Shown: piece after piece, positions 43,306 to 52,437 of the stretch
How the letters are laid out: every line of letters begins with the position of its first letter
Numbering within the stretch: position 1 is the first letter of the stretch
Origin: Thermodesulfobacteriota bacterium
GTDB taxonomy: Bacteria; Desulfobacterota; Desulfobacteria; Desulfobacterales; SURF-7
Direction: 5' to 3'
Assembly: GCA_049320885.1 (NCBI GenBank)
Contig: JBMORA010000055.1
Coordinates: 1 to 54,861 of the forward strand
DNA length: 54,861 nt
The notes under the pieces: generated by a model
Database searches by the model: none
Seen by the model: the letters and a program-made list of their open reading frames with translations, nothing else
What the model was told of the DNA's origin: nothing
Translations under genes and position numbers: made by a program

Positions 43306-44052
43306 ATGTCGACATACCGGATTCACCCCATCGTCATGGGGACCAAAATCTTCGACAAAAGCATGATGACCTACCAGTACGGCCAGGGCGTCCCGTTCAC
43401 CATACCGATCTATTGCTGGTATATCGAGGGTGGGGACCGGACGATCCTGGTGGACACCGGCGAGATGAGTCCCATCCGTTCACCGGATCGTGAAAAGGCC
43501 GTGGGCGGGAGGATTTATACCTTTGAGGAAGGCCTGGCCCGCTGGAACCTTGCGCCCGGCGGGATCGATATCATCATCCACACCCATCTGCACAACGATC
43601 ATTGCGAAAACGACCACAAGTGCGAGAACGCCCTGGTTTTCGTTCACGCCCTGGAGATGGACAGCATCCATCAGCCCCATCCCCTGGACTATCGCTACCT
43701 GGAGGATCATATCCTGGACGTGGAGGAGCGGGGGCAGCTGCGGGTTCTGGACGGCGACACGGACCTGCTGCCGGGCATCCGCCTTGTCCACACCCCGGTT
43801 CACACCAGGGGCGGCATGACGGTGTTCGTCGATACCCCCAAGGGCAAGGCCGCCATCACCGGTTTCTGCGTAATCAACGAAAACTTCCATCCTCCCGCGG
43901 AGATCCGGGCCATGGAGATGGACGTCATCCCGCCCGGAACCCACGTAAACGTCTACGAGGCCTACGACATCATGCAGCGGGTGCGGGACGCGGCCGACAT
44001 CCTGCTGCCCCTGCACGAGCCCGCATTCGCGGCTATGGACACCATCGGCTAG
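43306..44052 (+). CDS. Metallo-beta-lactamase fold hydrolase, N-acyl homoserine lactonase-like family
   Basis: ILVDTG, THLHNDH, TPVHT, LPLHE. Confidence 0.85.
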   Translation: MSTYRIHPIVMGTKIFDKSMMTYQYGQGVPFTIPIYCWYIEGGDRTILVDTGEMSPIRSPDREKAVGGRIYTFEEGLARWNLAPGGIDIIIHTHLHNDHCENDHKCENALVFVHALEMDSIHQPHPLDYRYLEDHILDVEERGQLRVLDGDTDLLPGIRLVHTPVHTRGGMTVFVDTPKGKAAITGFCVINENFHPPAEIRAMEMDVIPPGTHVNVYEAYDIMQRVRDAADILLPLHEPAFAAMDTIG

Positions 44053-44092
44053 GCATCGCTTTCGGTTGCACCGACGATCTTCCCATATGGGA

Positions 44093-44848
44093 TTACAGAC
44101 CGATTTTGTTGATGGTGGCGGCCATGTAACCGGCGCCGAAGCCGTTGTCGATGTTGACCACGGCGACATTGGAGCTGCAGCTGTTCAACATGGCGAACAA
44201 GGCCGTCAGCCCCCCCAGGCTGGCGCCGTAACCGACGCTGGTGGGAACGGCGATGACCGGCCGGTCCACCAGGCCCGCCACCACGCTGGGCAGGGCGCCC
44301 TCCATCCCGGCCACGACGATGAGAACCGAGGCCTGATCCAGCAGGGCCTTGTGGCTCAGGAGGCGATGAATGCCGGCTACCCCCACGTCATGTACCGCCG
44401 CAACGGGGTTGCCCATGTATTTGGCCGTGAGAAAGGCTTCCCGGGCCACGGGGATGTCGGAGGTCCCGGCGCACAGGACCAGAATGGTGCCTTTGCCGGC
44501 GGCCGGGAGAGCCTGCCGGCAGCAGACCAGCATGCGGGCGTCGGCAAAGTATTCCGCTTCGGGATAATGGGGCAGGATGCGTTCGGCTTTGTCGGCGGAC
44601 AGCCGGGTGACCAGCACGGTCTGTTCCTGGGGCAGCATGTGCTCCAGAATGCCGATGATCTGTTCCGCCGTCTTGCCCTCCCCGAAAATGACTTCGGGAA
44701 AACCCTTGCGCAGGGAGCGGTGATGGTCTATATGGGCGAAGTCGATATCCTGAAACGCCAAGTGCTTGAGCTGCTCGGCGGCTTCGGGAACCGAGGCCTT
44801 GCCGCGGGCGACTTGCTCCAGTATTTGCTTCAGTGATTCATGGTTCAT
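44093..44848 (-). CDS. larB: Nickel pincer cofactor biosynthesis protein LarB (AIR carboxylase-like)
   Basis: IDHHR..RKGFPEVIFGEGK, AGTSDIPVA, DVGVAGIHRL, AGMEGALPS, PTSVGYG, VNIDNGFGA. Confidence 0.95.
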   Translation of the reverse strand: MNHESLKQILEQVARGKASVPEAAEQLKHLAFQDIDFAHIDHHRSLRKGFPEVIFGEGKTAEQIIGILEHMLPQEQTVLVTRLSADKAERILPHYPEAEYFADARMLVCCRQALPAAGKGTILVLCAGTSDIPVAREAFLTAKYMGNPVAAVHDVGVAGIHRLLSHKALLDQASVLIVVAGMEGALPSVVAGLVDRPVIAVPTSVGYGASLGGLTALFAMLNSCSSNVAVVNIDNGFGAGYMAATINKIGL

Positions 44849-44942
44849 GGGGCTTCTTTCCGGTTACGGTCATCGGTGAACAGATCAGGGTATTCCATAT
44901 CCCAAATCCAATGCAGGGTCAACGGCAGGCAAGGAGATAGTT

Positions 44943-45695
44943 ATGAAAACAGTCGTCATCATTCCCTCGCGTTATGGTTCCAGTCGTTTTGAGGGCAAGC
45001 CCCTGGCGAAAATTGCGGGCCGGTCCATGATCGAGCGGGTGTATCAAAATGCAAGCGCCGCCGGCCGGGTTACCGATGTCGTCGTGGCTACGGATGACCG
45101 GCGGATTGCGGCGGCGGTTGAGGCGTTCGGCGGACGGGCGGTGATGACATCCGCAGCCAACCGTTCCGGAACCGACCGGGTGGGGGAGGCGGCCGGGATT
45201 CTGGGATTGGCCCGGGACGATATCATCATCAATATCCAGGGAGACCAGCCGCTCATTGATCCGCGGTGCCTGGACGAAGTGGTGGAACCGTTTTCCATGG
45301 ACCCGGAGCTGGGAATGTCAACCCTTGCCTTCGCCATTGTCCGCAAGCAGGAGATCGTCGATCCCAAGGATGTCAAGGTGACCTTCGATAACAACGGTTT
45401 CGCCCTGTATTTTTCCCGCGCCACCATCCCCCATGACCGGGACGGCGACATGGTGTTCGATACCTATAAACATCTGGGGGTATACGCCTACACCCGGAGA
45501 TTTCTGGATCTGTTTCGAACCCTGCCGGAGGGCCGGCTGGAGCGCATTGAAAAACTGGAACAGCTGCGGGTCCTGGAACACGGCCATCGCATCAAGGTGG
45601 TGATCACGGAGTATGATTCCCCGGAAGTGGACCTGCCGGAGGATATTCCACGGATCGAGGCCCTGCTGAAGGCCGGGACAGCCTATAGACCATAG
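44943..45695 (+). CDS. kdsB: 3-deoxy-manno-octulosonate cytidylyltransferase
   Basis: IPSRYGSSRFEGKPL, SGTDR, NIQGDQP, ALYFSR, KHLGVYAY, EKLEQLRVLE. Confidence 0.96.
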   Translation: MKTVVIIPSRYGSSRFEGKPLAKIAGRSMIERVYQNASAAGRVTDVVVATDDRRIAAAVEAFGGRAVMTSAANRSGTDRVGEAAGILGLARDDIIINIQGDQPLIDPRCLDEVVEPFSMDPELGMSTLAFAIVRKQEIVDPKDVKVTFDNNGFALYFSRATIPHDRDGDMVFDTYKHLGVYAYTRRFLDLFRTLPEGRLERIEKLEQLRVLEHGHRIKVVITEYDSPEVDLPEDIPRIEALLKAGTAYRP

Positions 45696-45718
45696 ACTTA
45701 TAGACCATAGGCTATAGG
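45683..45718. repeat. Heptamer array (CTATAGA/CCATAGA-like)x5
   Basis: Spans the kdsB stop codon at a convergent gene junction. Confidence 0.75.
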
Positions 45719-45731
45719 TTACGGCCTGTTT

Positions 45732-47849
45732 TCACTCATAAAACGAAACCAACGGTTCCCGGGTGATCGCCTCGATGGCGGCAAGGGCGTTGCGGGCCAC
45801 CAGGGGGAAAACTTCCTCCAGGTTATGGATGTGACGCAGATTGTCGGCGGTCCGCAGGATCAACCGCGCCAGATCCCCTTCCGACAATCCCGAGATGCGC
45901 AGGCAGTCTTCCCAGGAGCGGCCATCGGCCCATGCATGCAGGGTGACCGCGGGTTGGAGGCAGAGGGGTCTGGTCTCGAATCCCTGGGAGGTCATCTGTT
46001 TGGCAAAGGGCCGCAGGCTTTTTTTCACCATCAGAAACCGGTGCAGCAATGCTTTGGGGACAATGCTGGAATTCAGCTCCTCATCAACGGTTTCCCGTTC
46101 ATTGACAAAGGTGGCGATGAGTCCCGCGAGGAGAGGGGCGTCCGTATCCGGGAATATTTCCCGGCGGAAGCCTTCGGCGATCAGCAGGGGCTGATCGATC
46201 CGTAACCGGGCGGTCCAGCGGCCGTCTTCCGTCAACTCGTCTTTTGCCGTAACGAAATCGTGCTGCTTCAGGAAATTGAGGTGCTGCAGGAAATCGCGCC
46301 ACAGATAGCTGCGGTCCTCGGTGAAGATCCGATTGTTGTTGCGTTTCCGCGCCGATGCCAGCTGAAAGGAAGCAAAGGATTTTTCCAGCAGTTCCTGGAT
46401 CTGGGAGGGGGTATGGGACATGAGCAGATTCAGCACCATGGAAAAATTGATCTTGATCTGGCTGTTCACATCCGAAGGCTTGGATTGGATCAGTTCGGCC
46501 GCTAAGCGCAGGTCCATGAACTTGCCGGGAATCATGACGGCGAAACCGATATTGTCCTTGCCCCTTCTTCCGCAGCGGCCGGTCATCTGGTGAAATTCCG
46601 TGGCGGTGAGGGGCTGGAAATCCGTGCCGTTGTAACGGTCGGAATTCAGGATGACCACGCTGCGGGCCGGGAAATTGACTCCGGCCGCGACGGTGGAGGT
46701 GGCGAAAACGGCATCCAGCAAGCCTTCGGTCATCAGGGTTTCGATGACGATTTTCCAGGCGGGCAGCTGGCCGCTGTGATGAGCGCCCACCCCCAGATGT
46801 TCCAGCTGCCACCGCTGCTTGTGGCCGGCGATGTGGGGACTCTGGGATACCAAAGCTTCAATGCGCTGATTGAGGGATAGTTTCCGTTCCGGATCATGGA
46901 GCAGGTTTTCTTCCGTGCAGAGATCCAGCGCATTATCGCAGTCGGCTCGCGATTTCATGAAAAAGATGGCCGGCAGCAGGTCGTATTTACCCAGAACCCG
47001 GATAATATCTCCCAGGGGCGGCAGTTTTCCGCCTCTGTCCAGGTGGCGGCCCTGATGATCATGGAGATGGGACGCCACTTTTTTATGGAGGAGCTGCCGG
47101 TCGTGTTTCTCGCTGAAACGCAGCAGGGGCAGCAGGGTGCCGGAGGGATGAAAAAAGAGCGGATAGAGGGGGACCGGCCGCCTGGTTTCTTCCACGATGA
47201 TGCATTTCCGCTTGCGGATGGATTTGAGCCAGTCGGCGATCTGGCGGGCATTCCCGATGGTGGCGGAAAGCATCAGCAGCGGAATGCGATGCGGGAGATA
47301 GATCATGATTTCTTCCCAGACCACTCCGCGGTCCTCGTCTCCCAGAAAATGGGCTTCATCCAGGATGACGAAATCCGTGGCCAGGTCCTCGCCGCTGACC
47401 ATGGCATCATACAGATGGTTGCGAAGGATTTCGGTGGTGCCGACGATCAGGGGGGCCGTGGGGTTTTCCTTGCGGTCGCCCGTCAGAATCCCCACGTTTT
47501 CCCGGCCGAAGGAATGGCTCAGGATGGAGTAGACGCCGTTGGTCAGGGCCTTGAGCGGCGACGCGTACCAGGCCCGTCCTTTCCGGGAAAAAATATGGGC
47601 GATGGCGGTCTCGGCGATCCAGGTTTTCCCCGCACCGGTGGGCGCCGTTACCAGGCAGTCGGAAGTCTCGATGGCGGACAGGGCTTCCAGTTGAAAGGGA
47701 TCGGGCTGAAAAGGCGCCTCCTCCGGCCTGCCGATTTCAGCGAAAACCTCCTTGAGCTCCGGATCCCGTCCGGGCTTGATTTTCATCGGTCTCGCTTTCC
47801 CGGGGGGCAGGGCGGCGCGTTTTTTGCGTTTGTGAAAGTGTCGGATCAT
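45732..47849 (-). CDS. Ski2-like DEAH-box helicase (HelY-like)
   Basis: APTGAGKT, SPLKAL, TTEILRN, DEAH, LSAT, HHSG, QMTGRCGRRG; start overlaps the cooC stop. Confidence 0.92.
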   Translation of the reverse strand: MIRHFHKRKKRAALPPGKARPMKIKPGRDPELKEVFAEIGRPEEAPFQPDPFQLEALSAIETSDCLVTAPTGAGKTWIAETAIAHIFSRKGRAWYASPLKALTNGVYSILSHSFGRENVGILTGDRKENPTAPLIVGTTEILRNHLYDAMVSGEDLATDFVILDEAHFLGDEDRGVVWEEIMIYLPHRIPLLMLSATIGNARQIADWLKSIRKRKCIIVEETRRPVPLYPLFFHPSGTLLPLLRFSEKHDRQLLHKKVASHLHDHQGRHLDRGGKLPPLGDIIRVLGKYDLLPAIFFMKSRADCDNALDLCTEENLLHDPERKLSLNQRIEALVSQSPHIAGHKQRWQLEHLGVGAHHSGQLPAWKIVIETLMTEGLLDAVFATSTVAAGVNFPARSVVILNSDRYNGTDFQPLTATEFHQMTGRCGRRGKDNIGFAVMIPGKFMDLRLAAELIQSKPSDVNSQIKINFSMVLNLLMSHTPSQIQELLEKSFASFQLASARKRNNNRIFTEDRSYLWRDFLQHLNFLKQHDFVTAKDELTEDGRWTARLRIDQPLLIAEGFRREIFPDTDAPLLAGLIATFVNERETVDEELNSSIVPKALLHRFLMVKKSLRPFAKQMTSQGFETRPLCLQPAVTLHAWADGRSWEDCLRISGLSEGDLARLILRTADNLRHIHNLEEVFPLVARNALAAIEAITREPLVSFYE

Positions 47850-48613
47850 GCGGTTCGCATCAGTTTGTCAATGAGTTCGATCACGCGGGTCTTGGCGGAG
47901 CCTTCCACGTCGAAGGGCGACCCGCCTTTCAGGTCGGCCTCGATCAGGTGATTGTCATAGGGAAGAAAACCAAGGAATTCGAAATCGGCCAGATGGGTTT
48001 TCAGATATTCCTCATCCCGGGGGCCGCGAATTTTATTGCCCACCACGACGATGGCGTTCAATCGAATTTCGGAGGCCAGCTGTCGGATATGGTTGGCGGT
48101 TTCAATGCTGCGACGCCCGGGCTCCACCACCACGATCAGTTTGTCCACGGCCTGGGCGGTGCCCCTTCCCAGATGCTCGATGCCGGCTTCCATATCCATG
48201 ACAACGAATTCATCCCGGGCAAGGACCACATGAGTGACCAGGGCCTTCAACAACGTGCTTTCGGGGCAGATGCAGCCGGCGCCTCCCTTTTTCACGCCCC
48301 CCAGGCGCATAAGCTTGATATTGCCGAGACGCTTGGACAGGGCTTCCGGCAGATCGTCCACCTTGGGGTTCAATTTAAAGAAACCGCCGATGGTGCCGGG
48401 CTGGGCCTCGGTTCGTTCGAAGATCAGCTCCTTCATTTCGGCGATGGGGACGATCTTGTCGGCTTCCGCTATTCCCACGGCCGCGGCCAGGTTCGCGTCC
48501 GGATCCGCATCGATGGCCAGAACATGCTTGCCGCGATCGTTCAGGGTCCGGATGAGAAGAGCCGCGAAAGTGGTCTTGCCAACTCCGCCTTTGCCGCTGA
48601 CTGCTATTTTCAT
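47846..48613 (-). CDS. cooC: CooC-type nickel-insertion ATPase
   Basis: MKIAVSGKGGVGKTT, DADPDANL, GCICPE, DMEAGIEHLGRGT. Confidence 0.92.
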   Translation of the reverse strand: MKIAVSGKGGVGKTTFAALLIRTLNDRGKHVLAIDADPDANLAAAVGIAEADKIVPIAEMKELIFERTEAQPGTIGGFFKLNPKVDDLPEALSKRLGNIKLMRLGGVKKGGAGCICPESTLLKALVTHVVLARDEFVVMDMEAGIEHLGRGTAQAVDKLIVVVEPGRRSIETANHIRQLASEIRLNAIVVVGNKIRGPRDEEYLKTHLADFEFLGFLPYDNHLIEADLKGGSPFDVEGSAKTRVIELIDKLMRTA

Positions 48614-48813
48614 GAAATTCTCCTTTTGAACGTGTGGAACAGTTGCCGGATAATATAATCATATCCCGGCAAAGTGCAAGAGATACAAGGGGAGACGGAA
48701 AGGATTGCAAGCCTTCCCGGGATTTGGTAGGCTGGCGGGCATTGGTTATCGAGTATGCGTGTGGCAGGCCGAAGCGTGGTCGCAGAAGGCTGCGGCAGAA
48801 TATGGGGAGCAGG

Positions 48814-50808
48814 ATGCAGGTAGCCGAAACAGGGAACAGACCGTTGATTCTGGCACCGGCCGGGGGAAAAGATTCTTTCCTCGCCGCGCTTGCGGCCGGA
48901 GCCGATGCCGTCTATTGCGGCCTGAAAATGTTTTCCGCCCGCATGGCCGCGGAAAACTTTACCGTGGCGGAACTCGCCCGGCTCACTTCCCTGGCCCATG
49001 CTCGGGGCGTGAAGGTGTATGTGGCCTTCAATACCCTGCTGAAACAGGGCGAGGCGGACGCGGCGGCCGGGCTGCTTGAGCAGGTTCATCGCCATGTCCG
49101 TCCCGATGCCCTGATTATCCAGGATCTGGCTTTTATCAGGCTGTCCCGCCTGGCGGGCTTCAGCGGAGAATTGCATCTGTCGACCCTGGCCAATGTCAGT
49201 TTCCCAGCGGCCCTTGAGCTCGTCGCCGGGCTTAGGGATATCCAGCGCGTGGTCGTCCCCCGGGAACTCAGCGTCGATGAAATCAAAGCCATGGCGGCGG
49301 TTTGCCCGGAAAATCTATCCCTGGAAGTGTTCGTGCACGGCGCCCTCTGCTATGGCGTTTCCGGCAGATGTTATTGGAGCAGCTACCTGGGGGGACGCAG
49401 CGGACTCCGGGGGCGATGCGTTCAACCCTGCCGGCGGATGTACCGGAGCGGGGCCGATACAAAACGGTTTTTTTCCTGCCAGGACCTCAGTCTCGACGTG
49501 CTGGCCAAGGTTCTTCTGCCGGAGGAAAAAATCAGCGCCTGGAAGATTGAAGGCCGTAAAAAAGGTCCCCATTATGTCTACTCGACGGTCAACGCCTACC
49601 GGCTGTTCCGGGATCACGCCCATGATCCGGCGGCCAAGAAAGAAGCCCTGGGCCTGCTGGCCAATGCCCTTGGAAGGACTGGAACCCACTATCATTTTTT
49701 GAGCCAGCGCCCCCAGCCGCCGGTGCGCACCGATATTCAGACCGGTTCCGGCCGACTGATCGGAAACATCATGGGCGCCGCGAAACAACCGTTTTTACGT
49801 CCCAATCTGGAGCTTATGACGGGGGATATCCTGAGGTTCGGTTACGAGGACGAAGCCGGACATCAGACCCAGCGGGTGAAGCGTCCGATCCCCAAGCGAG
49901 GACGATTGGTGCTCGGAGCCGCATCCGGTTCATCCCCGAGGCCCGGCGCTCCCGTGTTTCTGATCGACCGCAGGGAGAAGGTCCTGGCGGTTCAATTGGC
50001 GGAGCTGGAAACCGAACTGGAGCGGCTGCCGGTTCCGGTGGTTGCACCGCCGACGGTAACGGCGCGGCATGCGCGCCGATCCGGTTATGGGAAAAAAAAG
50101 CGTGCCCGGGACATCCGGGAAATGACGGTCTATCGGAGGCCCGTCCGCAGCCGCGCGGACGGCGAGACCGGTTTTTGGTTGTCGGAAGAAACTGAATCAC
50201 CGGGTTCGAAAAAGGAAGCGGAGCGTCACTGGTGGTGGCTGCCGCCGGTAATATGGCCGGCCCGGGAATCCGCCGTAACGGATCGGATCGGGCGGTTGCG
50301 ACAACTGGGCGGTCGAAGGTTCGTGTTGAATGCGCCCTGGCAGATGGCCCTGTTTTCAGGCGATCCGTCCGTCGTTCTCTGGGCTGGTCCTTTTTGCAAC
50401 ATCACGAATATTCCGGCAGTGGAACAACTGGCCGGGATGGGATTTCACGGCGTGATCGTCAGCCCGGAACTCGGCGCAACGGATTACGAACATCTGGTTT
50501 CGGCCTGCCCGCTGCCCCTCGGCATTGTGGTGTCCGGCCATTGGCCCCTCTGCGTGTCCCGGACGATTTCAACTGAGTTCCAAGTCGAAAAACCCTTTAC
50601 CAGCCCCAAGGGAGAACAGGGCTGGGTGAAAGCATATGATGGAGACTTCTGGGTATACCCCAACTGGCGTCTGGACATCCGCGGTCAGCAGGATATCTTG
50701 ATCAAGCTCGGGTTCCAGGTGTTTGTCCATCTGTCGGAACCGGTTCCCGGGGAGGTGGAGCTGAAGACCAGACAAGGATTGTGGAACTGGGAGATTGAAT
50801 TGCAATAG
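48814..50808 (+). CDS. Peptidase U32-family protein (RlhA-like RNA hydroxylation protein)
   Basis: ILAPAG, AGADAVYCG, HLSTLA, PRELS, EVFVHGALCYGVSGRC, RGRCVQPCR, KIEGR; start 48802 or 48814. Confidence 0.88.
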   Translation: MQVAETGNRPLILAPAGGKDSFLAALAAGADAVYCGLKMFSARMAAENFTVAELARLTSLAHARGVKVYVAFNTLLKQGEADAAAGLLEQVHRHVRPDALIIQDLAFIRLSRLAGFSGELHLSTLANVSFPAALELVAGLRDIQRVVVPRELSVDEIKAMAAVCPENLSLEVFVHGALCYGVSGRCYWSSYLGGRSGLRGRCVQPCRRMYRSGADTKRFFSCQDLSLDVLAKVLLPEEKISAWKIEGRKKGPHYVYSTVNAYRLFRDHAHDPAAKKEALGLLANALGRTGTHYHFLSQRPQPPVRTDIQTGSGRLIGNIMGAAKQPFLRPNLELMTGDILRFGYEDEAGHQTQRVKRPIPKRGRLVLGAASGSSPRPGAPVFLIDRREKVLAVQLAELETELERLPVPVVAPPTVTARHARRSGYGKKKRARDIREMTVYRRPVRSRADGETGFWLSEETESPGSKKEAERHWWWLPPVIWPARESAVTDRIGRLRQLGGRRFVLNAPWQMALFSGDPSVVLWAGPFCNITNIPAVEQLAGMGFHGVIVSPELGATDYEHLVSACPLPLGIVVSGHWPLCVSRTISTEFQVEKPFTSPKGEQGWVKAYDGDFWVYPNWRLDIRGQQDILIKLGFQVFVHLSEPVPGEVELKTRQGLWNWEIELQ

Positions 50809-50833
50809 AATTGATTTGTCAAAGGAGTGATTC

Positions 50834-51127
50834 GTGGAAAAAAACATACGGAACGAGGACTGGTTGTGGGTGGTGATTCAGGATCCGGAAGCGGAAGCCC
50901 AGATCGTCGGACAACAGGATGAGAAACAGGGGGTAGCCTTTATACCGGTCTTCTCGCGCAAGGAGGAGGCCTTCCAATGTCTCAACTTGCTGGCAAAACA
51001 ACCCGGCAAAAAATACGAACCCCAGGCCATTATTTATGAAGATCTGGCGCGCTATGCTTCCAGTAACGGGCTGCTGATTTTTATTCTGGACGGGGAAGGA
51101 CGGGTTTTGGACAAAATCAGGGTTTGA
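50834..51127 (+). CDS. Hypothetical protein
   Basis: GTG start with AAGGAG RBS; WLWVVIQDP...FIPVF..KEEA. Confidence 0.72.
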   Translation: MEKNIRNEDWLWVVIQDPEAEAQIVGQQDEKQGVAFIPVFSRKEEAFQCLNLLAKQPGKKYEPQAIIYEDLARYASSNGLLIFILDGEGRVLDKIRV

Positions 51128-51476
51128 CTTCCGAAGGCGCAGCCAGCTTGGGATTCAATCGGTGGCGGTCCTTGTCTCTTTCGGTTTTTTTTTGCAGATT
51201 CCGCCGGATGGCTGCCGATAAATCCACACCGGTCTGGTTGGCGATGCAGACAAGCACAAACAGGACATCGGCCAGTTCGTCCGCCAGATCGGATTTCGGC
51301 TGTCCGCGTTTAAAACTCTGTTCTCCGTAGGTTCTTGCCATAATCCGCGCCAGTTCACCCACTTCCTCCATGAGGACGGCAAGGTTGGTCAGCTCCGAAA
51401 AATACCGTACCCCGTAGGTTTTGACCCAATCGTCGATCTCTTTCTGGAGCATGGGAACGCTCATTTCGGATGCCAC
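51117..51476 (-). CDS. MazG-like nucleotide pyrophosphohydrolase (YpjD-like)
   Basis: YFSELTN, EEVGELAR, DELADVLFVL.CIAN, RDKDRH; start GTG 51476 or ATG 51464. Confidence 0.9.
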   Translation of the reverse strand: MASEMSVPMLQKEIDDWVKTYGVRYFSELTNLAVLMEEVGELARIMARTYGEQSFKRGQPKSDLADELADVLFVLVCIANQTGVDLSAAIRRNLQKKTERDKDRHRLNPKLAAPSEVKP

Positions 51477-51486
51477 GGGTATCCCC

Positions 51487-52431
51487 CTATTCGATGTTCT
51501 GCTCCACGATATCGCCGTTGCCGACCGGCGGGGACGCCTTTGGAAAGACGGGCTGGGTGGTGACCCTTGGAACCACCGGTGTTTTGGAGAGCGGGGTCTG
51601 GGGCATGGAGGAGGACGGTGTTTTTGTCTGGATGGCCGGAGACGAAGCGATCTTCTTTTCCAATGTCTGCAATTTGCTTTCAATGGACCGGGACAGCCTG
51701 TTCAATTCCTCCCGGTACTGGCCCTGCTGTTTTTCCAGGGCGGCTTTGTATTCGTTCCGGTCCACCCGGTTTTTTGCCTGGGCCGCGGCTTCCTCTTTCA
51801 AGCTGTCCAGTTCCGTTTCCAGCACCTTGATTCGCTGGGTAAAGACAGCCAGTTCCCGGGAAAGGCGTTCATCCAGGGATTGGATTTCGCCTGCGGTGTT
51901 CTGGAATTCCTTGCGAACGGCTTCTATCTTTTTTTGCAGGTCGGCAGAAGTTTCTTCCACCATTTTTTTGTCCGCGGCGGCGGCGGCGACAGCCTTTACC
52001 GCGGCGGTTTCCTGTTGCATCTTTTTCACGGCGGCGGCGACCTGCTGGCTGGCGGTGTCAAGGCCTTTGATCAAGCGCTCCTGCATTTTCCCGTTTTCTT
52101 CCTTCAGTTGCTCCACCTGCTGTGAGACCGAGGAAAAACTTGTGTCCACCTGGCTGGACAGCTTTTCCACGTCCGTCTGCCCGGTGCTTTGGATGGCGGC
52201 AATCCGTTGCTTGAGGGAACTGTATCCGAAAAAGACGATGAGCGCGGTAAGGATCGGCAGCAGCACCGCCAAGGCGGCGATGCGACGCTTGAGCCGTTGC
52301 GCGTCAAGATCGGGGGCGGCAAGGGATTGATCCGGAACCGGTTGCACCGTTTCCGGTTCCGGGGCCGGTTCCGGCTCCGGTTCCTCTTCGTCGGGGCGGA
52401 AGGTGAATCTGGTTGAATCGTTTTCCTGCAT
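51487..52431 (-). CDS. Single-pass membrane coiled-coil protein
   Basis: Acidic Pro-rich N-terminus, one TM segment, long heptad region, Pro/Thr-rich tail. Confidence 0.8.
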   Translation of the reverse strand: MQENDSTRFTFRPDEEEPEPEPAPEPETVQPVPDQSLAAPDLDAQRLKRRIAALAVLLPILTALIVFFGYSSLKQRIAAIQSTGQTDVEKLSSQVDTSFSSVSQQVEQLKEENGKMQERLIKGLDTASQQVAAAVKKMQQETAAVKAVAAAAADKKMVEETSADLQKKIEAVRKEFQNTAGEIQSLDERLSRELAVFTQRIKVLETELDSLKEEAAAQAKNRVDRNEYKAALEKQQGQYREELNRLSRSIESKLQTLEKKIASSPAIQTKTPSSSMPQTPLSKTPVVPRVTTQPVFPKASPPVGNGDIVEQNIE

Positions 52432-52437
52432 GTCGGC

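Noticed and set aside
48634..48813. N-terminal extensions given by the ORF track (also 33024-33116, 18166-18255, 51477-51683, 3056-3163)
   Set aside because: They precede the family-typical N-terminus or overlap neighbouring genes; downstream starts fit better
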